Shown in pieces: positions 31,136-44,600 of a stretch of 64,000 nt of DNA (position 1 is the stretch's first letter; each line of letters opens with the position of its first letter). The position numbers were made by a program, and so were the translations under genes. The DNA lies in NCBI GenBank assembly GCA_002269645.1, contig NIVC01000927.1, positions 186,001 through 250,000 of the forward strand, given 5' to 3'. Under the pieces are notes generated by a model that did no database searches, had not been told where the DNA came from, and worked only from the letters and a program-made list of their open reading frames with translations. The DNA comes from Macrostomum lignano (taxonomy: Eukaryota).

Positions 31136-32697
31136 GCTGTGCCACAATCTGCAGTATATAAAATACTAAAACTACTAACAAAACCACCGTGCAAATAACG
31201 TTTTCGATTCGACAAAAAGAGACAGTTTGACATTTTTTATTATCATGCAGTTATACATGTATATATATATTTGTCTACTTTGTGCTTCTGCGCCTCTAGA
31301 GTCGGGCCAGTAGACACTGCTAAAAAAATCGGTCAAAAATTGCCAGCTGCAGAGTGCGCAGAAGCAATGCAAGTTCTTGCCGTGTGTGAAGCGTGCGTAT
31401 TAATCATAGCATTTTTAATATTAATAACTAAGCAATCTTAGCAAAAATTAGCATTTGCGTGGGTACTAAACACGAAAAAATCGTGTGTGTTTTCAGTTGG
31501 CAGTTCGATGCGTGGGTTAATCAGAGTGGCTAGGTTCTCTCTCTCTCTCTCTCTTGGGGATCTGTCGTTAAACAGCATTTTTGCGGGAAAACGCGAAAAG
31601 CATGGAAATTACGCTGAGTATGTTTAAAAAACAGTTTAACATGCATTATTATGGTAAATAGTTGATAACTACGTATACGAAGTACTCGACTCGTATGCGC
31701 GCAAACAGAGCAGCAGTGCCATATCGGGTTACATTGAACGAGAGCGCGGTGGGGGTTCAGAATTCAACTTGCTAAATCCAGGTTTGATTAAGGATCTTAA
31801 TTGTATAATAATTATATTGATAAGCAAGTTATACAAAGCTCGATGCGAGCTTAAACATGGACAGGGGCCAGAATGGATGATGAAGGATTAAAGCAGCTGT
31901 CAAGTTGAGCAAATGTTAACACAATGCCTGTTACTTCTTACATGGCAAGCATGCATTTGTGCGGTGCAGAACGGGGCTGGCTGCTTTTCGTTGCGTTCGG
32001 ATAAAATTACTATGAGTAGCTAGGAGTGCTTTTTTTAAACTGATTTTCTGTGTTGCGTGCCAAAAAGTCAGATCATGAATTAGATTTAATTAGTTTTTTT
32101 ACATCTAAGAGCGAGCGAGTGGTAAACTCGAAACAAAATTAATAAAACAAGAATTGGCTGAACAATATTTGTGAGCATAAATCTCATTCAACAGGATCTG
32201 AGGAATATTTTGCAGTCAGCCAGTTCTTGTTTAGCGCAGATAGGCAAAATACGACAGCTACAGAAGCTTAAATCACAATGCATTAATCTCGTGCTCAAGG
32301 TGTGCTCATAAACAATTGACAAGAACAGCTGGGAGAGAGAGAGAGAGAGAGAGTCAAGGGGAGGCGGCATGTGCACAGCGTCAAAATTACAATCGGGTAC
32401 AAAAATCACAAAGTAGAAAAACACGAAAGCAGCACAAATCACACCAGAGTTCGTGGTGTCCTTTATTATAAATATTTTAATGCTATCCTCACGACGATGC
32501 AGCAGTTTAAAACGGGACAAGTTTGGATTTTTGTGCTGGGAGGATTTTAAGGGCGTAAGGGTGCGCATTGCGGGTTAATACCAGTTACAAAAGCGTGAGC
32601 AGTCGTGCTTTTGACTGTTGCTCAATAAAATGGGACTCTCCAACAGTCATGGCCAACCAGTCGGCCAACAAGGCATGGGAAATCAGTTGGGGTCTGG

Positions 32698-35600
32698 TCA
32701 GTGGGCCTGCTGGAAGCTCACAGCTGCCGATGTCGGGGTGCCGAACGCGGCGGCGTGGCTGGCCGCGGCCAGTTGAGCAGCGGCAGCCGCGGCTGCTGCA
32801 GCCGGGTTGCCTCCGGCGGCGCCGAAACCGTTGAGCAGGCCGCCGCTGCGGGTTGTGGAGGGGGGGCGAATTATTTATATTTATAACATTGGAATTGGCT
32901 GTTCAGTGTCTATGAGCGAACCTGTGTGCCTTCACCTGATACTGTCTATGGCCGAGACCCCCACCTGCACCATTCATGCAGCCCCATGCACCCTGACACA
33001 CTGTCTATGGCCGAGACCCCCACCTGCGCCATTCATGCAGCCCCACGTACCCTGACACACTGTCTATGGCCGAGACCCCCACCTGCGCCATTCATGCAGC
33101 CCCACGTACCCTGACACACTGTCTATGGCCGAGACCCCCACCTGCGCCATTCATGCAGCCCCACGTACCCTGACACACTGTCTATGGCCGAGACCCCCAC
33201 CTGCGCCATTCATGCAGCCCCACGTACCCTGACACACTGTCTATGGCCGAGACCCCCACCTGCGCCATTCATGCAGCCCCACGTACCCTGACACACTGTC
33301 TATGGCCGAGACCCCCACCTGCGCCATTCATGCAGCCCCACGTACCCTGACACACTGTCTATGGCCGAGACCCCCACCTGCGCCATTCATGCACCCCCCA
33401 CGTACCCTGACACACTGTCTATGGCCGAGACCTGTGCCACTCACGCAGCTTCACGCACCCTGACACACTGTCTATGGCCAAGACTCCACCTGCCCCATTC
33501 ACGCAGCCCCCACGTACCCTGACACACTGTCTATGGCCGAGACCATTGCCGAGACCCCCACCTGCGCCAATTACGCAGCTCCATGCACCCTGACTGTCTA
33601 TGGCCGAGACCCTACCTGCGCCAATCACATGTATAGTTACCTGGCGGCTCCGCCTTGATAAGCGGAGGAGGCGGCAGCAGCGGCGGCGGCAGCTGCGGAC
33701 GCATAATTAGCGTAGTTGATTGGCTGCTGCAGGTAGCTGAGCTGGTTGTAGGCCTGGTAAGCCAGCGGGCTGGCCGCCGTGGCGCCAGCCGTCGCCGCGT
33801 AGTAACCGTATGGCGTCATTAGAGCCTGCATAAAAAATATAGAAAATAAAACAGTTAGTTATTAATCTATATTGATTGATTCTTTCATTGGGTTCAATTT
33901 AATTAAAATAATTGGCTTGGTGGTAGAGGGCCAAGTCTAAACCAATTGTCAGCTGCCCTAACCCCGGATATCTGTTGCTTTTGTGGTGTCCTGAACCGTG
34001 AACAAGCAACAATGCTCTTTCATTCCCGAATGTTTGCTGCAGTAAGGCTGCACGCGGATGATCCCACAGTCACGCCAAGCTGATTTCCCTGGCTGGTTCC
34101 CGGGATTTTCCGTTCCGCATCCTTTCGTTGCAGCTGGCGGGGTGGCCTGTGAATCGCTGATTTATTGACGGAAGCCTTGCTGGTGTGGCGCTTCTCACGC
34201 AGGTGAGGTCAGCTTGAGGTTTGTTCGGGGCTGTCAGGGTTTCAGGTGCTCGGGCACAAACTTGGCTATCAGTGACTGTGCCAGAGACTGGCTATCAGTG
34301 ACTGTGCCAGAGACTGGCTATCAGTGACTGTGCCAGAGACTTGGCTATCAGTGACTGTGCCACAAACTGGCTATCAGTGACTGTGCCAGAGACTTGGCTA
34401 TCAGTGACTGTGCCAGAGACTGGCTATCAGTGACTGTGCCAGAGACTTGGCTATCAGTGACTGTGCCACAAACTTGGCTATCAGTGACTGTGCCAGAGAC
34501 TGGCTATCAGTGACTGTGCCAGACAATTGGCTATCAGTGACTGTGCCACAAACTGGCTATCAGTGACTGTGCCAGACAATTGGCTATCAGTGACTGTGCC
34601 AGAGACTGGCTATCAGTGACTGTGCCAGACAATTGGCTATCAGTGACTGTGCCACAAACTTGGCTATCAGTGACTGTGCCAGAGACTGGCTATCAGTGAC
34701 TGTGCCAGACAATTGGCTATCAGTGACTGTGCCACAAACTGGCTATCAGTGACTGTGCCAGACAATTGGCTATCAGTGACTGTGCCAGAATGTCTCAGTG
34801 ACTCACCGTGGCATTCTCCTTGTCGTTGCTCTCCTTGCCCCAGGAGCACTTGCAGGGCTGGCCGCCGACATCCTTGCCGTGCATGGTGATGATGGCCTTG
34901 GTTGCGCCCTCGTGCGTGTCGAAGCGGACGAAGGCGTAGCCCTTCTCTTTGAACACGCGGACTTCAAGGATCTCGCCGAAGTCTTTGAATGCTTCTCTGA
35001 GCAGCTCCTCTGCAAGTGATAGGAATATAGGATCAATAAGAATTCTGATTTCTTTTGGGATTGATCAGAATGGGGTTTGGGATCGATCAGAATTAGGTTT
35101 TTGGATCGATCAGGATGGGGTTCGGGATCAGTCAGAGTGGGTTTTGGGATCAATCAGAGTGGGCTTTGGGATTGATGAAGATTGGTTTTGGGATCGATCA
35201 GGATTGTGTTTTGGATTGATCAGGATTGGGTTCGGGATCGATCAGGATTGGTTTTGGGATCGATTAGGATTGGGTTCGGGATCGATTAGGATTGGGTTTG
35301 GGATCGATTAGGATTGGGTTCGGAATCAATCAGAGTGGGTTTTGGATCGATCAGGATTTGATTTGGGATCGATCAGGATTGGGTTCGGGATCGATCAGCA
35401 TCAGTTTAGGTATCAAATTGGGACTCACCGCACAGCCCACGCGTGATGCCGCCAACGTAGACAGTGCAGTTTGAGTTGGAGGCTGCCTGAGCAACTTCAT
35501 CGTAGTTCAGCGGTTTCTGATCGGCTGCAATTTTGAAAAAGTTTTACAGTTCTCAACTGAAATTTGGTTAGAACACTTGGAATACACTGTGTAGACTGCG

Positions 35601-38600
35601 TCAGCCGCGCCAACAATGCCCGCCACCAGTGCGCTCAAAATTGAGAACTCCCAGCCGGAAACGGCTCCTTCTCTCCCTCTCTGACTGCTTCTTCAGCCTG
35701 ATCCTTTTTTTTAAAAAGTCAGTCTCCACGCAGGTGGGGCCTCAACAGTGTTGGAATGGGATCCGTCAGGGCAGGATATCCTCTTCAGAGTCTGGTTGAA
35801 TTCACTGGGTCTCTTCATTAGTTCTCCACCTGAGGTGCTCCGATTCAATTCCCTCAGAATTCTGGCCTGAGATGAGGCTGAGGCGGGCGGGCCAACGTTC
35901 CCATTGTGAGCTGGGATTCTCCAATTTTCTTTAACAAAAGAACCAGCAGCCAGCCAGAGATCCCAGCGAGCGGTGCTAAACCGCTTTAACAGGATTCATC
36001 CATAGCCTCTGGCTTGAGTTCGGGCGCGTTGCTCAGATCCCGAGTCGAGAATGCGGAGAGCGAGAGGATCGGAGTTGAAAAAAGAGGAGAAACAAGGAGG
36101 GGAGGAGGGAAACACGTCACTCAAAGTCTCCTATGCAGACTAGTGCAGTGGCGGAGTCCCTGTCCGGCCGATCAATAAGTATCGATATTGGACTGATCTC
36201 TGCAAGAAAGTTTTTTTTTACTTTTTTACCCTGCAGGGCAGCGCTGGCTGTCTACGTAATTTAATTGACTTGTGCGGGCGGGAGACAGCCCCCCCCCCCC
36301 TGCAGGCGTGCCTCCATCGACAGGCACTTGTTGACTAGTGGCTGTCCGAAGGGGATTGTGATTGCCACCTCAATGTCCTCATGATCCTCCAGTGTCTGTC
36401 ACTGCTGCTGCCACCTCAATGTCCTCATGATCCTCCAGTGTCTGGCACTGCTGCTGCCACCTCAATGTCCTCATGATCCTCCAGTGTCTGTCACTGCTGC
36501 TGCCGCCTCAATGTCCTCATGATCCTCCAGTGTCTGTTACTGCTGCTGCCACCTCAATGTCCTCATGATCCTCCAGTGTCTGGCACTGCTGCTGCCGCCT
36601 CAATGTCTTCAGTGGTGCCGTGCCGCCATGGCCCCGGATGTTTCAATTCGCCTTTAATTTCGCCCTCTTTGCCCGCAGTGCAACGTCAATCATCCAGAAG
36701 TGCATGCGTCAGAAGTTCTACTAAAAAGCAGTCATGTACTTCGCATGCACTTGTACACCCCTATAGCCGTGTCTCTGCAAGAGAGGTAGGAGAGAGAAGT
36801 CGCTGGGCAGGGGCAAAGAATGGCTAAGTGAATTCACACACTTTGCGGGAGTCGCCTGGAACACCGGAAGTGAGCGCTGAGAAGCGGAGGGTACGGGGGA
36901 AGCAGATGTGTATGCGGATGGAGGCCCCAGTCTCCTCTCCTCTCACCGTGCCGTGCAACTTCTTCAACCATAGTTTTTCTCTCCTTCACGCAGCCAGCTG
37001 GTTACCCCATTCTCGCACTCCACAGAGTATCACGTGAGTCACGCTGCATGCGGGAGGCGGACAGAATTTTGGCATACATAAATGACTATAGTGTGCAGAG
37101 TGAGTCTGCGCCCTCGCGACGAAACCGCCAGCACGCCTGTTTAACAGCAGTCGCTGTCAGGGGCATCTCATTGTAGAGAGAGAGAGCGGATGGAGAAGAT
37201 TTGGATTAGAGGGATTTGGGCTTAGACTGCGGACTGCTGCCCTTCCCCCTCCTCCTTGCCCTTCCCAGGTGAGGCGCAGCGCCAGCGATGGCGGAGGCTG
37301 AGGCTGGGCTTTTGTCAGCAACTGACAGGTCATGTTTTATGCAGCTGCCGGGGCCGCTTTGCTCTGCGCTGCTCCCACAGCTGAGCAGGTGGCTGAGCCC
37401 GGCAGACTCAGTGGCGGCTATTATACTGCCAGAGCTGCTGCTCAAGGTGAGGCCACCAAGCGGCATTCATATTTCATGCGCAAACGCAAATGGACGGGGG
37501 GGCGTCGGTGCCGCATCATCGGTCCCGCTCTCAGAGCAGCTTCAAACAGCTCCACAACACTCCTCCCTGACTCAATTGTTCCTCTTTCTGATGGAGTTTA
37601 TTTTTTGTGCGAGACATTTCCAATAGATAGCAGAGTCCAGAGTCTTCGCTGTAAGAGACCGTCGATATGGATTGAAGCCTAGTAGTTAGAGTGTCGGGGG
37701 TTCGATTCCCGACCCACTCGGAACAATTTGTGTCATTGAGCAAGACACTCAACTCTGCATTGCTTCAATTCACCCAGCCGTAGAATGGGTGCCAGCATTA
37801 GCTGAGGTAATTGAGGGTGTGTGTGGCGACCCCCCCCCCCAGTCTTTGGACTGAACTGCCGTACGCAGCTTTCAGATGCGGTCAGGTGTGATCAATTATT
37901 TATCATTATTAGAGTCCAGGTATCGATGGCTAGCCTATGAAAGCTCGGCCCCAACTCGTATTAGATCTGTCAGCTGAGCTCAATTCGCCTGAAAGAAAGA
38001 CAGAGTCAGAGTCAGAGAGAGGGGCATCTGAGAAGACAGATCTAGGCAACAACTTGTGCGATGTTTGCACAATGATGCTCCGTCTATATTGTATCTCAGA
38101 AAATTGCAGTCACGAACGGTACGCCTCCCAACCTTTCAGCATTTCCTGGCTCCGATAGAGAGCTCGGCTCGTGGTGGAAGAGCCTCGGTTTCTTGGTATT
38201 ATCCGAGTGCACTGTGTTTATACACCAGTACATCCACTATACTCTTCTGGCGTGACAGTTGGTCAGCAGTCAGCACCCTGGCAGGTAGTTACGGTTGCCT
38301 GTAGAAAGTCAGGGCAGCTGTACACCCTGTGTGAGCGTGTGTACGAGTGAGTGCCTGCGGACAGTATTTGGCATGCTTGTGTGCGCTCCCAATGCCGTTG
38401 GCTGTTGCGTTGGCGCTGCACCAACTTTGCTAACCCCTGAGCACCAGGAAACAAACAGGAGGGAGAAAAATTAGATTGAAAAGAGAAGAGCGGAGAGACA
38501 GAGACTGATGACGGACGTGCTTAGAAGTCTGGCCTGATCATCTCAGCTCAGCTCTGTCTGTAATAACTCAGGCCACCGCACAAGCACCTCATTGTGAGCT

Positions 38601-41600
38601 GCCACTTCTGCTCCCCGTATGCATGCCCTCCCCCCTCTCTTTCCGCTTCCTACGCCATCATTTTTATCGATTTCTTGTTTCCTTTTTTGCCTCCAGGCGG
38701 CTGCTCCTCCCATCCCTCTGGTGTAGGTCGGTGCTGGGGGGGGGGGGTAAAAAAGCGGAGGGATGAGTTTTGGGTTGGACCACGACAGGGCCAAGCTGTA
38801 TAGCAGCGATCCATTGTCATGCAATGCGTTCAACTCTGCTGCTGCTGCTGCTGCTGCTGCTTCTAGCGCTGCTGCAGAGAGGTGGAGAGATAGCCAGGGG
38901 GGGGGGAGAAAGACCCTATATGGTATGGAATGCAACATTCTTCTGATATTTAGAGAGTGACAGAGTTGCCCTCCTTTCACCCTCAACTCACCCCTTCACC
39001 TCCAACCATATACAGCTTTCATCATTCTTTCTATAGCTTTATGGGGAAAATGGGCTTTGAATGGAAAACAGTGTTGTGGAGGAGGGCGGGGACAGTGAGA
39101 CACGCGCTATTGTGGGCGCCTCTCATTCTGCATGGAAAGTCGGGGAACAAGAGTTCCATTAGGAGAGAGAGAGAGGCTGATGCTGAAGTGAAGATAAGGA
39201 TGATGAGGCTTGATTATGTTTTTTAACAAAATTTCTCTATTGCACCATTTTCGACTTTGCCCTGCATAGGTGCCACCTCTATGCCCAGGCAATATCACTC
39301 AGCGAAAGCAGAAAATTTGTTTTAGTCCATCGTCATCCCATCCAGCAGCTCTATGCAATCAAAAACCCCACTCTATAGCCAAAGATAATTGAAACGCAAC
39401 TAAGGGATGTTAATGAGATTAGAATGCGATGACCTGAAAGCTATTAAAGCAATTTATGATCCCGGGATCCGTAGCCACGCCATTGCTATGGCATCACTAT
39501 AACAATGAGGGGCTGTAGCCTAGTCGATAGAGCGTCGGACTTACGACTAAAAGGTTGGGGTTCGATTCCCGACCCACTCGGAACAGCTTGTGTCCTTGAG
39601 AAAGACACACCTAACTCTGCACTGCTTCAGTTCACCCAGCTGTAAAATGGGTGCCAGCATTAGCTGGGGTAATTGAGGGTGTGTGTGGCGACCCCCCAGT
39701 CCTTGGACTGAACAGCCGTACGCAGCCTTCAGATGCGCCGCGCAATAGCTGCGGCTGAGCTGTCGGCTGCCCAATTGGGGCAGGTGTAATTAATTATTAT
39801 TAATATTAATATTATCGCTACAGCAGCTCAAAACTGCAGAAGTCTAAAGTAGAATACTTCTTATTTCGATTTCGCTAAATGCATTCTGCATCTTTCTACT
39901 TGAGTTGTCCATGAAACAAGCATGCGTGATCAGCATCGATCGCCAATAATCATTCTACAGAACTCTTCCGGACTTCAACTGGCGCGCTCTGCACTTTTTT
40001 GACTTCTTCTCCAGCTCCTGCTGCTGCAAATTTGGCCAGTGCTTTTCTCAAGAAGAGATTCCTCCCAGAACTCGGCCGCCTCCTACCCCCAATTTACACT
40101 GCGCTGGGGGGGTATCTCCCTGGCCACCGCCAAGCCGCCCTGCCATCTCATCCTCCTATTTCATTTCTCGATCTCTTCAATCCCAGGCCCGCTCTTCCCT
40201 GCCTGCTTCTGCGGACTCTCTGATTGCCTGAATTCTGGCCATCGATTTGGCTCTCACTATATTATATCTATACATATGCGTACCAGTGCGCCAAGTGCGT
40301 ACTTATTACGTATTGGATTATATACATTTATATATACATATCTATCTGGGCTAAGCGCTGGCGCTATATTAAGGTGCCGCTGGTGGGATAGCAGCAGCTC
40401 CGGCATAAATTAGGGGGGGGGGCACAACCGCGGCGCTCAGCGGCAACGGCAAAACTTCACTTACCAATCCTCATTCCTCATTGCCCCCGCTTAGCTACCC
40501 TTAGCTTATCTACCGAAGCTCATTAACATATTTTTAATTTTATGCCGCGTCGCCCTTATCAAAGTAATTTCAACCATTATAGCAAACTTTGCCGCAGTCG
40601 GTCCTCGCGGGACCAACTCTTGAAAGTGTTAAATTAAAATGGCAGCATTTATGCTCTCTGCCCTGATTACATCCGGCTTTTTAAAAATCGCAAAATAGAA
40701 TGTTGATGGAAAAATTTCAATTTAATTACCGAAATTGCTTTTTTCTGCTTTTTTAAAGCAAATTCAACGCGCAGCAGAGAGGCAAATAGGAAATTGTCGT
40801 TTAAAAGCTAAGTAAACAAATTGAAACCGATTTTAAATGCTGTTATGAAGCTACTTATTAGATGGAATTTTACTCCTGAAGCGAATAGTCAACTACGCTT
40901 TAAAAGTTCAAGACAATCAAGAAGTCAAACCTGGAGGCTGCGGTGGCTTCCTGACTGCCCAGTTGGTCCGGATGGTTCTCGAGCCCAGCAGCTGGCCGTT
41001 CATCTTCTGCATCGCCTCCTCCGCTTCCTCCCTGTTGGCGTAGGCCACGAAACCGTAGCCTTTTGGCTTCTGGGTGTGCATATCCTTGATGATCTTGCAC
41101 TCGCTGCGATTTGGGCGCGGAAAGTGGGGGTTGTCAATCGATGCGTTGTCTATGGCCTATGTACAGTAGCTAAGTTTTACTGTATTGATGAGAGGGTTGT
41201 CGACTTAATCGATCGGTGTGTTGTCTATGGCCTATGCACATTAGCTAAATGTAACATGTACAGTTACGTTAAATTTTCTAACCCCTTATAGCGCGAAGTA
41301 CGTAAAAGAGCGTATGTACATTTATACTATATATGTACACTAAATACTTTACAATGGTTTTCTTGGCTTTGCAATGTACATTTAAACTATCTTTCTCTCT
41401 AGCATAAGATTTTAAACCGCGTGAACCTCAGTCAGGCCCATCAATAACCGCCGATCGGGCCCGGGGAGTGCAATAATTACTAGCCGACATTAAAACCGGC
41501 CCGAGAACGCTAAAAAAGTTAAGCGAAGACCCGAGTGTGAAGGTGAAAAAGTTGAGCTATAGGTCGAGCAGATGATGATGGCTAAAGAAAACTGTGCCGA

Positions 41601-44600
41601 CGCTGTGTGAGTAATGGCAATAAATCGCGCAGGAGGATGGCTTTGGCAATAAAAATGCCGAACCAACGGACCAAAACGGGTAAAAAAACGTTGTCGTTCG
41701 GATGCGGTAAGACTGCGCTGCTCTGCGGTGAGATGGAGCATTATTCAGTTCTCGATTTTCTCTGTGGGAAAGCGGGAGGTCCCTGGGAGAAATGCGATAA
41801 GGCGCGCGGAGGAGAGATGAACCACCGGCGCTGTCTTATCTTTCCTTGCACCGTTTTTATCCCCCCGTTTTGCCTCCTTCGCCCACTTAATTTTAATCGC
41901 AACCCCTCCCCCCCTGTTCGGAGGAGTCTGTGAAGGCCAGTTGAGCCCGCTATGCTTTCCCAGCCTCACAAAACACACAGGCAGCGAACACACATTTCGC
42001 CAACTGGGATCTCATTATTTATACAGGTTGTTGGCCGCGAATTCCCACTGCGCTAGCCGCCACTGCCGTCCCAGTCCCGGTTACATGATCCCCTCAGCTG
42101 CTGGTGCTGCATCCTCGCCCCCTCCCAGCTGCTCATCTCCTATTTGGTTCCAAGACAATTATCAGTGTCGAAATTCTCTTTAATTACTCAATACCCCTGG
42201 GAAGCCGTGTTCTCCCGTTTGGTTGATTATGCTGATCAATCGATTAATTGATTGGTTAATCTATGAACAGAACTGAAAGTTTAACCTGTCAAGCGGTTCC
42301 GAGTAAGTGCATCAATAAATGTTGTTCTTCATCATTCTTATACTCAGCAGCAGCTGAACTCCCCGCCCTTTGGCTCATGCTACTGTAAAACGGGCGCCAA
42401 AGCTACTGTAAAATGGACGTCAAAGCTACTGTAAAAGGGGCGCCAAAGCTACTGTAAAAGGCGCCAAAGCTACTGTAAAAGGGACGTCAAAGCTACTGTA
42501 AAAGGGGCGCCCCAAAGCTACTGTAAAAGAGGCGCTAAAGCTACTGTAAAAGGGGCGCCAAAGCTACTGTAAAAGGGGCGCCCCAAAGCTACTGTAAAAG
42601 AGGCGCTAAAGCTACTGTAAAAGGGGCGCCAAATCTACTGTAAAAGGGGCGCCAAAGCTACTGTAGAAGAGGCGTCAAAGCTACTGAAAAGGGGCGTCAA
42701 AGCTACTGAAAAGGGGCGTCAAAGCTACTGTAAAACGGGCCCCAAAGCTACTGTAAAAAGGGGCGCCCAAAAGCTACTGTAAAACGGGCCCCAAAGCTAC
42801 TGTAAAAGGGGCGCGCCAAAGCTACTGCAGAAGAGGCGTCAAAGCTACCGTAAAAGGGGCGCCAAAGCTACTGTAAAACGGGCCCCAAAGCTACTGTAAA
42901 AGGGGCGCGCCAAAGCTACTGTAAAAGAGGCGCCAAAGCTACTGTAAAAGGCGCCAAAGCTACTGTAAAAGGGACGCCCCAAAGCTACTGTAAAAGAGGC
43001 GCTAAAGCTACTGTAAAAGGGGCGCCAAATCTACTGTAAAAGGGGCGCCAAAGCTACTGTAAAAGGGGCCCCAAAGCTACTGTAGAAGAGGCGTCAAAGC
43101 TACTGAAAAGGGGCGTCAAAGCTACTGAAAAGGGGCGTCAAAGCTACTGAAAAGGGGCGCCAAAGCTACTGTAAAAGGGACGCCCCAAAGCTACTGTAAA
43201 AGAGGCGCTAAAGCTACTGTAAAAGGGGCGCCAAATCTACTGTAAAACGGGCCCCAAAGCTACTGTAAAAAGGGGCGCGCCAAAGCTACTGAAAAAGGGG
43301 CGTCAAAGCTACTGTAAAAGGGGCGCCAAAGCTACTGCAGAAGAGGCGTCAAAGCTACCGTAAAAGGGGCGCGCCAAAGCTACTGTAAAACGGGCCCCAA
43401 AGCTACTGTAAAAGGGGCGCGCCAAAGCTACTGTAGAAGAGGCGTCAAAGCTACTGAAAAGGGGCGTCAAAGCTACTGAAAAGGGGCGCCCCAAAGCTAC
43501 TGCAAAAGAGGCGCTAAAGCTACTGTAAAAGGGGCGCCAAAGCTACCAGAAAAGAGGTGCCAGCAACAGGGGCGCCAACAACAGGGGCGCCATACATTTT
43601 TAACTGCAATTAAGAGAAAGGGCCCGCGGAGTCCTGCCCACCCCTCCTTTGCTAAGCCCCATCATGACATCCAGATCCCCAACCGGTCGGTAAACTCTGG
43701 GACAGCTGGATCCACGTGACAGCGAGTTAGAGGGGGGGATAAGCTGCTGCAGAACCTGAAAGTTTAGACAACGTGAGCATCGCTGCCGCCATCAGTCCTT
43801 GAATAATGATGCCAGAACGAGAATTGGCATAATGAGCTAATAACTTGTCTGCCGAGTTTTCAAGCCAGAACTTCCACAGAAAGGCCGGCCAGTCAGAACT
43901 GGAGGGAGGGAAGGACCGAAGCACTGTTTATTTTCAATCTAAAATCTCATTCCCACAGTCAGGAAGTCATCCCGGGACGCGGATAAAGATAGAGAGACAG
44001 ACAGACAGAAAGCAGAGAAATTGCCTTCACCAACAGCTCTAAAAAATCTCGCCGAGAGTCCAAACTGCCAAAGAAAATGGAAGACTCTGCTTCTGCTCCG
44101 CTTAAAGTCTCGTTTGAGTAGGCAGGATTAGGCTTAGTACGAATTGAGCGTTTCAATTCAATGCCATTGCGTCAGTTTGTGTTAACGCAAAACGACGGTG
44201 ACGGCCTCACAACCAACTTAGCCATTGGCTTGTCACTCTTATTCAGTTGTCTGATTTTTCAGCCCCCCCCTTTTCCAGAATCCCGAATCCAGAATCCCGA
44301 ATCCAGAATCCCGAATCCAGAATCCCGAATCCAGAATCCCGAATCCAGAATCCCGAATCCAGAATCCCGAATCCAGAATCCCGAATCCAGAATCCCGAAT
44401 CCAGAATCCCGAATCCAGAATCCCGAATCCAGAATCCCGAATCCAGAATCCCGAATCCAGAATCCCGAATCCAGAATCCCGAATCCAGAATCCCGAATCC
44501 AGAATCCCGAATCCAGAATCCCGAATCCAGAATCCCGAATCCAGAATCCCGAATCCAGAATCCCGAATCCAGAATCCCGAATCCAGAATCCCGAATCCAG

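Noticed and set aside
39640-39790. Hammerhead ribozyme in the SINE body, by analogy with schistosome SINE-like repeats
   Set aside because: No CUGANGA plus GAAA catalytic core in any copy (CTGAACA only); other ribozyme classes would need an Infernal search.
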